52,498 nucleotides of DNA. Source: Hyperthermus sp. (GTDB lineage Archaea > Thermoproteota > Thermoprotei_A > Sulfolobales > Pyrodictiaceae). The first letter of the stretch is position 1; every line of letters starts with the position of its first letter. Made by a program: the position numbers and the translations under genes. The notes under the pieces were generated by a model. That model made no database searches. It saw nothing but the letters and a program-made list of their open reading frames with translations, and was not told where the DNA came from. Below, in pieces: positions 18,250 to 26,897 of this stretch. The stretch is from the NCBI GenBank assembly GCA_003978665.1, contig QNYQ01000027.1, positions 1 to 52,498 of the forward strand, given 5' to 3'.

Positions 18250-18669
18250 GTGAGGTTGAAGGTTGTACTTAGACATGAGGGTACATGGCTGCTGGTGAGG
18301 GAGGTCTACGCTATACGTAGGCAGAGGGGTAAGCGTAGGGGTAGGCAGAGGCAGACGAGCGCGCCTTACGGTACGGTGGCTGAGAGCGTGGATAAGCCTC
18401 CTCTCAACGGGCTGCGCTACACGGAGTCGATCGAAGTCCCTGCCACTAAGGTCATGAAGTTTATTGTTAAGGCCTTCCAGCTTCCGGGCGATACTACTAT
18501 AGTGGTTAAGCCCCTTACGAGGGAGAGCTATGAGGCAAAGATATATGCTAAGACCAGGGAGGAGGCTGCGAGGGCGCTAGCACAGCTGGCTAGGCTCTTG
18601 TCCGAGCTGGGGAGGAGGCGTGGGGGAGAGGAGCAAGAGCAGGCTGAGAGTGAAGAGGAAGAGGTTTGA
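18250..18669 (+). CDS. Basic hypothetical protein with acidic tail
   Basis: Own TATA-like CTTAAA upstream; Arg-rich loop and EEEE tail. Confidence 0.75.
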   Translation: MRLKVVLRHEGTWLLVREVYAIRRQRGKRRGRQRQTSAPYGTVAESVDKPPLNGLRYTESIEVPATKVMKFIVKAFQLPGDTTIVVKPLTRESYEAKIYAKTREEAARALAQLARLLSELGRRRGGEEQEQAESEEEEV

Positions 18670-19012
18670 GCCCCCCGTTCTCTGCGAGGTGTGCGGTGTC
18701 AGGAGGGCTGAACGCGTCTGCCCCCTCTGTGGTAGAATGGTCTGCTCAAGCCACTACGATGAGGACAGGGGTATTTGCAGTCTCTGTGCAGAAACGCTGT
18801 GCGAGAACTGTGGGAGAAACCTCTCTATCACCCAGTGTCCCGTGTGCGGTAGCCTTGTCTGCTCGGACTGCTCTGTCCAGCTCACCCCTGTGGTGAGGAT
18901 CTGCACTAGGTGCGCGTCTAAGCGTGTGAGCCTCGACGATATAGCCAGGAAGGAGGTAGTGATGCTCGCTGAGTCCCTCAGAAAATACTTGGTTGTTGCG
19001 GCTGGGAGGTAG
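18620..19012 (+). CDS. Multi-zinc-finger protein
   Basis: Eight CxxC/CxxH pairs. Confidence 0.75.
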   Translation: MGERSKSRLRVKRKRFEPPVLCEVCGVRRAERVCPLCGRMVCSSHYDEDRGICSLCAETLCENCGRNLSITQCPVCGSLVCSDCSVQLTPVVRICTRCASKRVSLDDIARKEVVMLAESLRKYLVVAAGR

Positions 19013-19023
19013 AGGCCCCCCTC

Positions 19024-19977
19024 TTACAGATACTTGTCGAGCGTGTCCCCGCCCCTCCTCAAGTCGCTGTGCTTTAGCCTTAGGGGTATTAGGTGTGAGC
19101 CGTCGCACGTGCTTGCCGTGTGCATGTACTGCAGCCCTTCCCTGCACGTAGCGAACTCTAGCCCGTATTTCTCGGCAATCTTCTTAACGGCCTCCATCAT
19201 GTTCTTCCGGAGCTTTAGAGGCAGGTACCAGTAGCCGTGAAGCCATGCTCCCTCCTCCCGGTAAAGGCGGTGCAGTCTTGCGCTGAGGTCGGGGAAAGCG
19301 TTGGCTAGTCTTTTGAGAGAGTCCGGCCTGGCCTTGTAGGTTGAGGTCACGAGGAACCTTACCCCAATGCTTGCAGCAGCCTCGATAACAGCCTCTACGT
19401 GCTCTCGCTCAGAGTTTAGGTAGGGTATTATGGGGTCGAGCCTCAAGCCTACGGGCACGCCAGCGTCTACGAGCCTCTTCATAGCCTTAACCCTTTCTGA
19501 GGGGGGAGGGGCGCCAGGCTCTAGTCGCGCGGCCAGGCTCTTGTCAAGGGTTGTTACCGTGACTGTTACGGCTGCGTTTCCTCTAGACAATATGTCTGCG
19601 TCGCGGGCAACCATGCTGCTCTTCGTTATCACCAGCACGCGGTAGCCTCTGGGGAGAAGCAGCTCCAGCGTCCACCTCGTAAGCCTGTATTGCTCCTCTT
19701 CGGGGGGATAGGGGTCACTGCTCGTGGCAATGTCTATGTGGAGGCGTGGGTTAATCCTGGCCAGGTCCCGGACCAGCCTCTGCTTATAGTCCCTCTTAGG
19801 CCGACTGTTCTTGACACCGATGTAGGATGTTGCATAGCAGTAGAGGCAGAAGTGGCTGCAGCCCGTGTAGGGGTTGAGGGAGTATTTTAGGGGGCATGTG
19901 CAGAGGGGGCTCCGCCATGGATCGAAGAGTCTTATGAGGCTTCCCTCCCTCAACCTAACCCTCAGCTTCCGCTGCAC
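19024..19977 (-). CDS. Radical SAM protein, spore-photoproduct-lyase-like family
   Basis: LNPYTGCSHFCLYCYA, SSDPYP, ITKS, LEPGAPPP, DPIIP. Confidence 0.9.
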   Translation of the reverse strand: MQRKLRVRLREGSLIRLFDPWRSPLCTCPLKYSLNPYTGCSHFCLYCYATSYIGVKNSRPKRDYKQRLVRDLARINPRLHIDIATSSDPYPPEEEQYRLTRWTLELLLPRGYRVLVITKSSMVARDADILSRGNAAVTVTVTTLDKSLAARLEPGAPPPSERVKAMKRLVDAGVPVGLRLDPIIPYLNSEREHVEAVIEAAASIGVRFLVTSTYKARPDSLKRLANAFPDLSARLHRLYREEGAWLHGYWYLPLKLRKNMMEAVKKIAEKYGLEFATCREGLQYMHTASTCDGSHLIPLRLKHSDLRRGGDTLDKYL

Positions 19978-20004
19978 ACTTTTCCTCCTCTCCCCCTAGC
20001 CGTG

Positions 20005-20637
20005 CTAGAACTCTATGTTTGCGTGCTTGGCCCTCAAGTCATCCTCTTTTTTACCCAGCCTATTCATCAACTCCACTACTATGCCGTCGAGGAAGGCTAG
20101 TGCAGTGTCTTCGAAAAGCGTGCCCAGGGGTGCTAGGGGCTCGTGTATGCCGAGTATTTGTCTCGCGAAATAGTCTATGTCCGGTGCCGACTTCGTCCGG
20201 CCGGGAACCTCTACAACTATGTCTGCCAGCTGTCCGAGGGGGCTCTCGGGGTAGCTGGTTATTGCAGCCACTGTAGCCTCAACCTTCTTGGCAGCCTCAG
20301 CCGCGGTCACTATGAGCTTGGTTCTCCCGGAGCCGGAGATGGCTACTACGAGATCCCCCCTCCCTATGCTCGGGGTGATGGTTTCGCCGAGCACGTAAAC
20401 GTTGAAGCCTAGGTGCATGAGCCTCATCGCGAAGGCCTTGCCCACCAGCCCGCTCCTCCCCGCACCCATAACAAGCACTTTTGCACGACGCTTATAGGAG
20501 CTTATTAGAGCGTCTAAGAGCTTCTCGACCTGGCCAGCGTTAAGCCTCTCCGCAACCCTATCTATGAACAGGGCTATCTCTCTCATAGTTCTAGCGACGT
20601 ATTCCATCTCCCCTAGGCCTCCCGAGGAGAGCTCCAC
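20005..20637 (-). CDS. hxlB: 6-phospho-3-hexuloisomerase (SIS)
   Basis: [40 protein letters not shown]. Confidence 0.93.
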   Translation of the reverse strand: MELSSGGLGEMEYVARTMREIALFIDRVAERLNAGQVEKLLDALISSYKRRAKVLVMGAGRSGLVGKAFAMRLMHLGFNVYVLGETITPSIGRGDLVVAISGSGRTKLIVTAAEAAKKVEATVAAITSYPESPLGQLADIVVEVPGRTKSAPDIDYFARQILGIHEPLAPLGTLFEDTALAFLDGIVVELMNRLGKKEDDLRAKHANIEF

Positions 20638-20796
20638 CGCTAGAAGAGAGACGGCAGCATAGGGTTTAGAAAGCTAGCGCGTCTTCAACCCCGCTGCTAT
20701 AGGATTAAGTCGAGGGGAAGACCAGTCTCCCACCCCCATTAGGCGAAACCTTAACAGACCTTCACGCGGGAGGACCCGCGGGGGTGCTGCAGCGGC

Positions 20797-23769
20797 TTGG
20801 CCAGCGAGACAAGTGTTCTTGCGAGGCGTGAGCCTGTAAACAGGTTTGCAGCCTGGCTCTACGAGGTTGCCGAGAAGTGGCAGCGGAGGTGGCGGAGTGA
20901 TAGGGTTTTCGAGGCCAACCCCGACCCCTCGAAGCCAAAGTTCTTCATCACGGCTGCCTTCCCGTACCCTAACAGCCCCCTCCACCTGGGCCATAGTAGG
21001 ACCTACACCATAGCCGACGTCCATGCCAGGTTTAAGAGGATGCTGGGCTATAATGTGCTCTTCCCGATGGGCTTCCATTATACTGGGACACCTATTCTCA
21101 CGATGGCCGAGGCTATAGCTGCGGGGGACGAGGAGCTTATCGACCTCATGCTTAACGTCTACGATGTCCCGGCCAGTGAGCTTGACAGGTTGAAGGATCC
21201 TCTTTCCCTCGCAAGATTTTTCCACGAGGACGCGAAGAAGGCTATGAACGCTATGGGGTATAGTATAGACTGGAGGAGGGAGTTCACCACAATAGACCCT
21301 GAGTTCCAGAAGTTCATTGTATGGCAGTACACCAAGCTTAGGGAGAAGGGGCTGATCACTAAGGGGACTCATCCCGTAGGCTGGTGCCCTAAACACAACA
21401 TGCCCGTGGGGATGCATGACACCAAGAACGATGTGGAGCCCGAGATAGAAGAGTTCACTCTCATACTCTTCCGCCACGGGGAGGAGTTCTTTCCCGCAGC
21501 AACCCTGCGGCCCGAGACAGTGTTCGGCGTCACCAACCTCTGGGTAAACCCGGATGCCACCTATGTTAGGGTGAGGGTTGACGGTAGGGTTTACGTGGTC
21601 AGCAAGGAGGCGGCGTGGAAGCTGTCCTTCCAGAAGGATAGCGTGAATGTTGTCGGTGAGGTTAAGGGGAGGGAGCTTGTGGGGATTAGGGTTGTTAACC
21701 CGGCAACGGGCAGAGAGGTTCCGGTGCTCCCAGCATCATTTGTCGACCCCTCCACGGCCACCGGCGTGGTTATGAGCGTGCCAGCCCACGCACCCTACGA
21801 TTACGTGGCGTTGAAGGAGATGGTTGAGTCCCAGAGGGAGCTGCTGGAGTCTATAGGAGTGAGCGTGGACTCCCTCAAGCCAATCCCGCTGATAAGGGTT
21901 AGGGGCTACGGCAGTATCCCGGCCAAGGACATTGTGGAGAGAATGGGCATTAGTAGTCAAGCTGAGAGGTTGAAGCTTGACGAGGCCACTAGGACGCTAT
22001 ACAGCGACGAGTACCATGAGGGCGTGATGAGAGACGACATAGTGAGCCTCGTGTACCCGGACGCGCCGAGCGAGACAAGGGTTTTCATAAAAGCTCCCGT
22101 GGAGGCTTGGATCCGGGGGGCTAGCGTTAGGGATGCTAGGGAGGCAACCAGGAAGTGGCTTTCAGCTCTAGGCTTCACCGACGTGATGTATGAGATATCT
22201 AACAAGCCCGTCTACTGTAGATGTGGCACGGAGATAGTGGTGAAAGTGCTCAAGGACCAGTGGTTCATAAACTATGGTGACAGGGAGTGGAAGAAGACCG
22301 TACTAGAGCTCATAGACAACATGGCTATAGTCCCCCATGAGATGAGGGAGGAGTTTCTGAAAACCGTTGACTGGCTGCACGAGAGGGCTGTAGCCCGCAC
22401 CCGCGGGCTCGGGACAGAGCTTCCCTGGGCTAGGGGGTGGCGTATAGAGAGCTTGAGCGACTCTACTATATACATGGCGTTCTACACTATAGTCCACAAG
22501 CTCAAGCGCTACGGTATAAAGCCCGAAAAGCTCGGGGTGGAGTTCTGGGACTACGTGCTCCACGGCAGAGGCGACGTAGACAAGCTATCCTCATCGACGG
22601 GCTTAGACAGGAAGATTATAGAGGATTTGAGGGAGGAGTTTAACTACTGGTATCCGCTGGATGCAAGGCACAGCGGCAGAGACCTTGTACCAAACCACCT
22701 AACCTTCTTCATATTCCACCACGCAGCCCTATTCCCTAAGGACAAGTGGCCTCGGCAAATAGTGGTTAACGGCTTCGTAAGGCTTGAAGGAAAGAAGATG
22801 AGCAAGAGCCTAAGAAACATCATCCCCTTGAGGAGGGCGGTGAAGGTATATGGTCCAGACACTATCAGAGCTGCGCTGCTGGCCTCAGCCGAGCTCCTAC
22901 AGGATGCAGACTTCTCGGACAATCTAGCAATGAGTGTTCTCTCCCAGCTGGCCAAGCTGCTAAGATACCTAAAGCTTGTCGAGAAGGCTGATGGTGAAAG
23001 CGGGCTTGCGGACCGCTGGCTGCTAAGCAGGCTCCAAGACCATATTAGCAATGTGACCAAGTATATGAGCGAGCTACGTACAAGACATGCAACAATAACA
23101 CTCCTTTATGACATGGACAACGACGTGGTAAAGTACCTGGCTATTAGAGAGAGGCCTGGGCCAGCGCTTAGAGAGTACCTGGAGAAATGGGTGCTAATGC
23201 TCTCGCCCATAACACCGCACATAGCCGAGGAAATATGGCACATGCTAGGCCACGACACCTACGTATCGCTAGAGCACTGGCCCGTACCCGACCAGACCAA
23301 GATAGATAGGAGAGTAGAGCTCGCAGTAGAGTATGCTGAGAGGCTCATAGAAGACATTAGGGCAGTGCTTAGAGTAGTTAAGACTAAGCCTACAAGAGCA
23401 ATAATACTCGTCACCAGGCCCGAGAAATGGCCGCTGGCACAACAGGCTGCTGCCGTCATCAAGAAAGGCGGCCAGGTCAGGGACATTGTTAGGGCACTAC
23501 TGGGCAAAGTAGCCGACAAGGACAGCGCCAAGAGCATCGTGAAGATGGTAGAGTACATGAGGCAGCAGAGCATGAGCTACCTTGAACTAGTCTCCACGGT
23601 CAGCGAGTTCGATGAGAAGAAAGCAATCGAGGACCTAGGCAGCTACATAGCAAAGAAGACCTCGATACCCTCAATAGAAGTCTACTACGCTGACGAGGCT
23701 CCCCCTCAAGTGCCTGCATCCAAGGTGAAGGCGGCTATTCCAGGACGCCCGTCAATCACAGTGCTCTAG
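20797..23769 (+). CDS. leuS: Leucine--tRNA ligase (archaeal type)
   Basis: HLGH (HIGH), KMSKS, ATLRPET, TGVVMSVPAHAPYD editing domain. Confidence 0.97.
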   Translation: MASETSVLARREPVNRFAAWLYEVAEKWQRRWRSDRVFEANPDPSKPKFFITAAFPYPNSPLHLGHSRTYTIADVHARFKRMLGYNVLFPMGFHYTGTPILTMAEAIAAGDEELIDLMLNVYDVPASELDRLKDPLSLARFFHEDAKKAMNAMGYSIDWRREFTTIDPEFQKFIVWQYTKLREKGLITKGTHPVGWCPKHNMPVGMHDTKNDVEPEIEEFTLILFRHGEEFFPAATLRPETVFGVTNLWVNPDATYVRVRVDGRVYVVSKEAAWKLSFQKDSVNVVGEVKGRELVGIRVVNPATGREVPVLPASFVDPSTATGVVMSVPAHAPYDYVALKEMVESQRELLESIGVSVDSLKPIPLIRVRGYGSIPAKDIVERMGISSQAERLKLDEATRTLYSDEYHEGVMRDDIVSLVYPDAPSETRVFIKAPVEAWIRGASVRDAREATRKWLSALGFTDVMYEISNKPVYCRCGTEIVVKVLKDQWFINYGDREWKKTVLELIDNMAIVPHEMREEFLKTVDWLHERAVARTRGLGTELPWARGWRIESLSDSTIYMAFYTIVHKLKRYGIKPEKLGVEFWDYVLHGRGDVDKLSSSTGLDRKIIEDLREEFNYWYPLDARHSGRDLVPNHLTFFIFHHAALFPKDKWPRQIVVNGFVRLEGKKMSKSLRNIIPLRRAVKVYGPDTIRAALLASAELLQDADFSDNLAMSVLSQLAKLLRYLKLVEKADGESGLADRWLLSRLQDHISNVTKYMSELRTRHATITLLYDMDNDVVKYLAIRERPGPALREYLEKWVLMLSPITPHIAEEIWHMLGHDTYVSLEHWPVPDQTKIDRRVELAVEYAERLIEDIRAVLRVVKTKPTRAIILVTRPEKWPLAQQAAAVIKKGGQVRDIVRALLGKVADKDSAKSIVKMVEYMRQQSMSYLELVSTVSEFDEKKAIEDLGSYIAKKTSIPSIEVYYADEAPPQVPASKVKAAIPGRPSITVL

Positions 23770-23773
23770 CAGT

Positions 23774-23862
23774 GCTCCTCAGCGTAGCTCAGCCTCCCCA
23801 TTAATCCCTCCTCCCGCTAGCGGGGGAGGGGGTTTCGGCTCTCCCATTCTCCTCATCAGAGC
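23774..23862 (-). ncRNA. Box C/D sRNA, D guide complementary to tRNA 5'/D-arm
   Basis: C CTGATGA (23859-23853), D' CCGA (23838-23835), internal GC hairpin, guide AGGCTGAGCTACG, D CTGA (23782-23779), GCTC/GAGC terminal stem. Confidence 0.75.
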
Positions 23863-23962
23863 CAGCTAGCCTCGTCTAAGCCAGATACTATAACGGGTGA
23901 AGAGACGGGTAAATAGGGGTCACGCCCAAGTCCTGGCGGCACGTGGGCTTCCCGGGTTTGCC

Positions 23963-24040
23963 GGAGAGATGATGAGTATCCCGAACCCTGGAGCTCGGAT
24001 GCCGTGAAGCCGTGGCGGCTGGCTGAGGCCTCCCTCTCCC
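23963..24040 (+). ncRNA. Box C/D sRNA, D guide complementary to the 16S rRNA 530-loop region
   Basis: C ATGATGA 23969-23975, D' CTGG 23988-23991, C' GTGAAGC 24004-24010, guide CCGTGGCGGCTGG, D CTGA 24023-24026, GGAGAG/CTCTCC stem. Confidence 0.75.
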
Positions 24041-24060
24041 CGCTTAAAGGTGGCTGGTGG

Positions 24061-24768
24061 CTACTTGATCGTGATCACTGTTATGTCTCTCCTTGCTGGG
24101 AACGCTACATTGATCACTCTCACACCGTCTATGCAGGCTTCCAGCCTCTTTGAGTTATGGGCGTGCCCGTGTATTACTAGGTGGGGCTTGCTCCTCACTA
24201 TTGCCCTCTCCATCGCCTTGCTTGCGACAAACCTCCATATCCTCTCGTCCTCTCCCTCTATAGTGGCGTATGTTGGGGCGTAGTGCATTACGGCTACTAC
24301 GGTATAGCCTTTTGAGCGTAGCGTCGCCACGCTCTGCTCGAGCCTGTTGACTACGCGCGTGTAGAAGAGCCTTATCCCGGGTATGTGCCTCCTCTGCCAT
24401 GTAGTCGGCTCGTCTATGGCTCCGCGTGTACCGTATACTGCCAGCTTCACTCCCCCAACCTCCATTAGCATGTAGGTGTCGTTCAGCCAGAGGACGTCAG
24501 TATAGGAGTTGATGAATACTGGCTCCCTGTCAAAATATTCCTCGTTGCCGAACACGGCTATTATCCTGGCGTTGGAGCAGAGCTTCTTGGTCACGTTAAC
24601 CACTGGCGCAAGCGCCTTCACATTACCCTTATCAACCATGTCGCCTGCCCAGATCACTAAGGGGGCATTACTGCACTCTTCCGCATGCCTATTTAAAGCC
24701 GAAATATACTGTAGTAGGTGGCGTGGACTGTGGACATCGCTCACGGCTATAATCGTTACTCCCTCCAA
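24061..24768 (-). CDS. Calcineurin-like metallophosphoesterase
   Basis: SDVH, AGD, GNEE, MHY, HGHAH motifs. Confidence 0.9.
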   Translation of the reverse strand: MEGVTIIAVSDVHSPRHLLQYISALNRHAEECSNAPLVIWAGDMVDKGNVKALAPVVNVTKKLCSNARIIAVFGNEEYFDREPVFINSYTDVLWLNDTYMLMEVGGVKLAVYGTRGAIDEPTTWQRRHIPGIRLFYTRVVNRLEQSVATLRSKGYTVVAVMHYAPTYATIEGEDERIWRFVASKAMERAIVRSKPHLVIHGHAHNSKRLEACIDGVRVINVAFPARRDITVITIK

Positions 24769-24813
24769 AACACCTGCAACCCCGGGCTGGGAGCACTATA
24801 AGTATTGGAGGAG

Positions 24814-24964
24814 GCGCGGTGAATACGTCCCGGGCCCCTGGATCACTCCAGCCCCCAGGCCCTTTGAGGCTGCGGGGGCGTCACCGGCCCTTCCCTCCTT
24901 CCCGGGCCTTAGCCGGCCTCTTATCTCTTTAGGGTCGGCCACCACTATGCTGCTACCGGGGCCC
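24814..24964. ncRNA. Multibranch structured element with 16S rRNA-matching segments
   Basis: Terminal stem GGGCCCC/GGGGCCC enclosing three hairpins; GCGCGGTGAATACGTCCC (24814-24831) and CTGGATCAC (24838-24846) match recalled archaeal 16S sequence. Strand unresolved. Confidence 0.5.
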
Positions 24965-25028
24965 TAGGCTTCCTCGTAGGCTTATTACGGCTGGGAGGCT
25001 TCTTGTGTGAGGGGGTATAGGAGCATTC

Positions 25029-26750
25029 ATGGGCTTGTCTCGTGTACTCATACTTGACGGCTACACCGATGAGCCTGCTGGCTTTGGGGTTCCACCCTAC
25101 ATTGACGTCTACCCCAGGTATATTGCTGGTGCTCTATGGCTTGTGGACCCTGGCATTGTAGTGCACTATGTCACTGTTGATGAGGCTAGGAGGGACCTGG
25201 AGGGTTTCTTGGAGAGAGCCAACAGCTACGACCTTGTGGTCTTTATTGCAGGAGCCATTGTCCCCGGCAAGTACATTGGAGGGGAGCCTATTAGGCTAGA
25301 GGAGTTGAAGTCTTGGCCCGCCATGCTTGAGAGGCCTTTCAAGGTCCTCGTGGGCCCGGCGGCGCGCTGGGGGATAGGTAACGAGGGCGGGAGTATAGCC
25401 GTGTTGCCGCGCGAGGTCAAGAGCTCTTTTGACGCCGTGGTAACCGGGGATGTTGAAGCCTATTTCTACGAGGCAGCTAGGCATGGGGTAGAGCATGCTG
25501 AGGAGTGGAGGGTGCTGGATGACCTAGAGTTGACAGGTAAGGCTGCCGTCAAGGGGGCTAGGATAGTTAGGCAGCACCCAAACCACGGCTATAACCTCAT
25601 AGCCGAGATCGAGACCTACCGTGGCTGCGCTAGATGGATCACCGGCGGCTGCAGCTTCTGCGCAACAAGACTCTACGGCAGGCCCAGGCAGAGAACCCCT
25701 CTTAGCGTGGTAAGAGAGGTTGAGGCACTCTACCTTGAGGGTGTCAGGCACTTCCGGATCGGAAGGCAGGCAGACATAATCGTTTACGGCAGCCGGGAGC
25801 TGGGCGAGGAGGAGTGGCCCAAGCCCGAGCCCGAAATGCTTAGGAGGCTCTTCCACGGGCTGAGAATGGTTGCTCCAGGGCTTGAGACGCTCCACATAGA
25901 TAATGTAAACCCGGGCACGCTCGTAAGGCATCGCGAGGAGAGCGTTGAAGCCCTGAAGACAATAATAAAATACCACACGCCAGGCGATGTTGCAGCGCTA
26001 GGCATTGAAACAGCCGACCCGCGGGTAGTGAAGATAAACAACCTCAAGACAATGCCCGATGAAAGCCTGGAGGCGGTGAGGCTAGTTAATAGAGTGGGGA
26101 ATAAGCCCTCTCCCCTAGGCCTGCCCGAGCTGCTGCCAGGCATAAACTTTGTTCTCGGATTACCCGGGGAGACCAGTGAGACGTACAGGCTTAACCTGGA
26201 GTTCCTAGAGAGGATCTACGAGGAGGGGCTTCTCGTAAGGCGCATAAACGTGCGCAAGGTCCTCGTCCTGCCTGGGACAAGGCTTGTGAAGGAGAAGGTG
26301 CTGGAGAGGCTTAGGAGGCATGAGAGGCTCGCTAAAATATTTAGGCGCGAGGTAATGCGCTACTCCAGGATGTTCCTGGAGAGACTATTGCCCAGAGGCT
26401 CTATCCTATGCTGCGTCTACGTGGAGAAGTATTCAGAATCCCTCGGAGTAACCTTCGCGAGGCAGGCTGGCAGCTACCCTGTCGTAGTAGAGCTGCCCTG
26501 CAAGCTCCCACGCCGGATGCTGAAGAGAGTATTCATCTACGACGTCTCCGCTAGAAGCGTGAGGGGACTACCCCTCCCCCTAAACGCCAACACCACCCCC
26601 CTAACACTGCTCTCAAGGGTCCTGGGCCGCACGCTAGCACTCAGGATAGCGGGCAGCCGCCCGTTAAAAACGGAGGAAGAACTACAAAAAATACTAGGCG
26701 AGAAGGGAGGGGAGAGCCTAGTGTCCCTAAACGGGTTTAGCTGCAAGTAA
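25029..26750 (+). CDS. Uncharacterised radical SAM protein with C-terminal TRAM-like and helix-hairpin-helix-like regions (COG1031-like)
   Basis: LDGYTDEPAGFGVPPYI, EIETYRGC......GCSFC, HIDNVNPG, RRINVRKV, RQAGSYP, LNANT. Confidence 0.85.
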   Translation: MGLSRVLILDGYTDEPAGFGVPPYIDVYPRYIAGALWLVDPGIVVHYVTVDEARRDLEGFLERANSYDLVVFIAGAIVPGKYIGGEPIRLEELKSWPAMLERPFKVLVGPAARWGIGNEGGSIAVLPREVKSSFDAVVTGDVEAYFYEAARHGVEHAEEWRVLDDLELTGKAAVKGARIVRQHPNHGYNLIAEIETYRGCARWITGGCSFCATRLYGRPRQRTPLSVVREVEALYLEGVRHFRIGRQADIIVYGSRELGEEEWPKPEPEMLRRLFHGLRMVAPGLETLHIDNVNPGTLVRHREESVEALKTIIKYHTPGDVAALGIETADPRVVKINNLKTMPDESLEAVRLVNRVGNKPSPLGLPELLPGINFVLGLPGETSETYRLNLEFLERIYEEGLLVRRINVRKVLVLPGTRLVKEKVLERLRRHERLAKIFRREVMRYSRMFLERLLPRGSILCCVYVEKYSESLGVTFARQAGSYPVVVELPCKLPRRMLKRVFIYDVSARSVRGLPLPLNANTTPLTLLSRVLGRTLALRIAGSRPLKTEEELQKILGEKGGESLVSLNGFSCK

Positions 26751-26825
26751 TAAACCCCGTCCAAGACCCTTACGCTTAGGGTGTGCGGGGAAAGAGGGGG
26801 GTGGGCTAAAAGCCATAGCATTCAG

Positions 26826-26842
26826 CTAAATAGTTTTTAAGT
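26826..26842 (+). promoter_or_regulatory. Putative BRE/TATA of tes
   Basis: TAAATAG-TTTTTAAG about 55 nt upstream of the ORF in an AT-rich intergenic patch. Confidence 0.45.
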
Positions 26843-26897
26843 TTGCTTTATTGAAATCTTAGCTTGCAGTAGCTTTGTGGGCGAAGGACTGTGTTGA

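Noticed and set aside
20690..20796. Hairpins upstream of leuS as a T-box-like leader
   Set aside because: No T-box motifs; short GC stems in a divergent promoter region are unremarkable.
23783..23795. CGTAGCTCAGCCT looked like the start of a tRNA gene
   Set aside because: No acceptor stem, anticodon arm or T-loop follows; better explained as the antisense guide of a C/D sRNA.
24814..24850. Possible 16S rRNA gene
   Set aside because: Only two short matches; flanks are not rRNA. Kept as an ncRNA finding instead.
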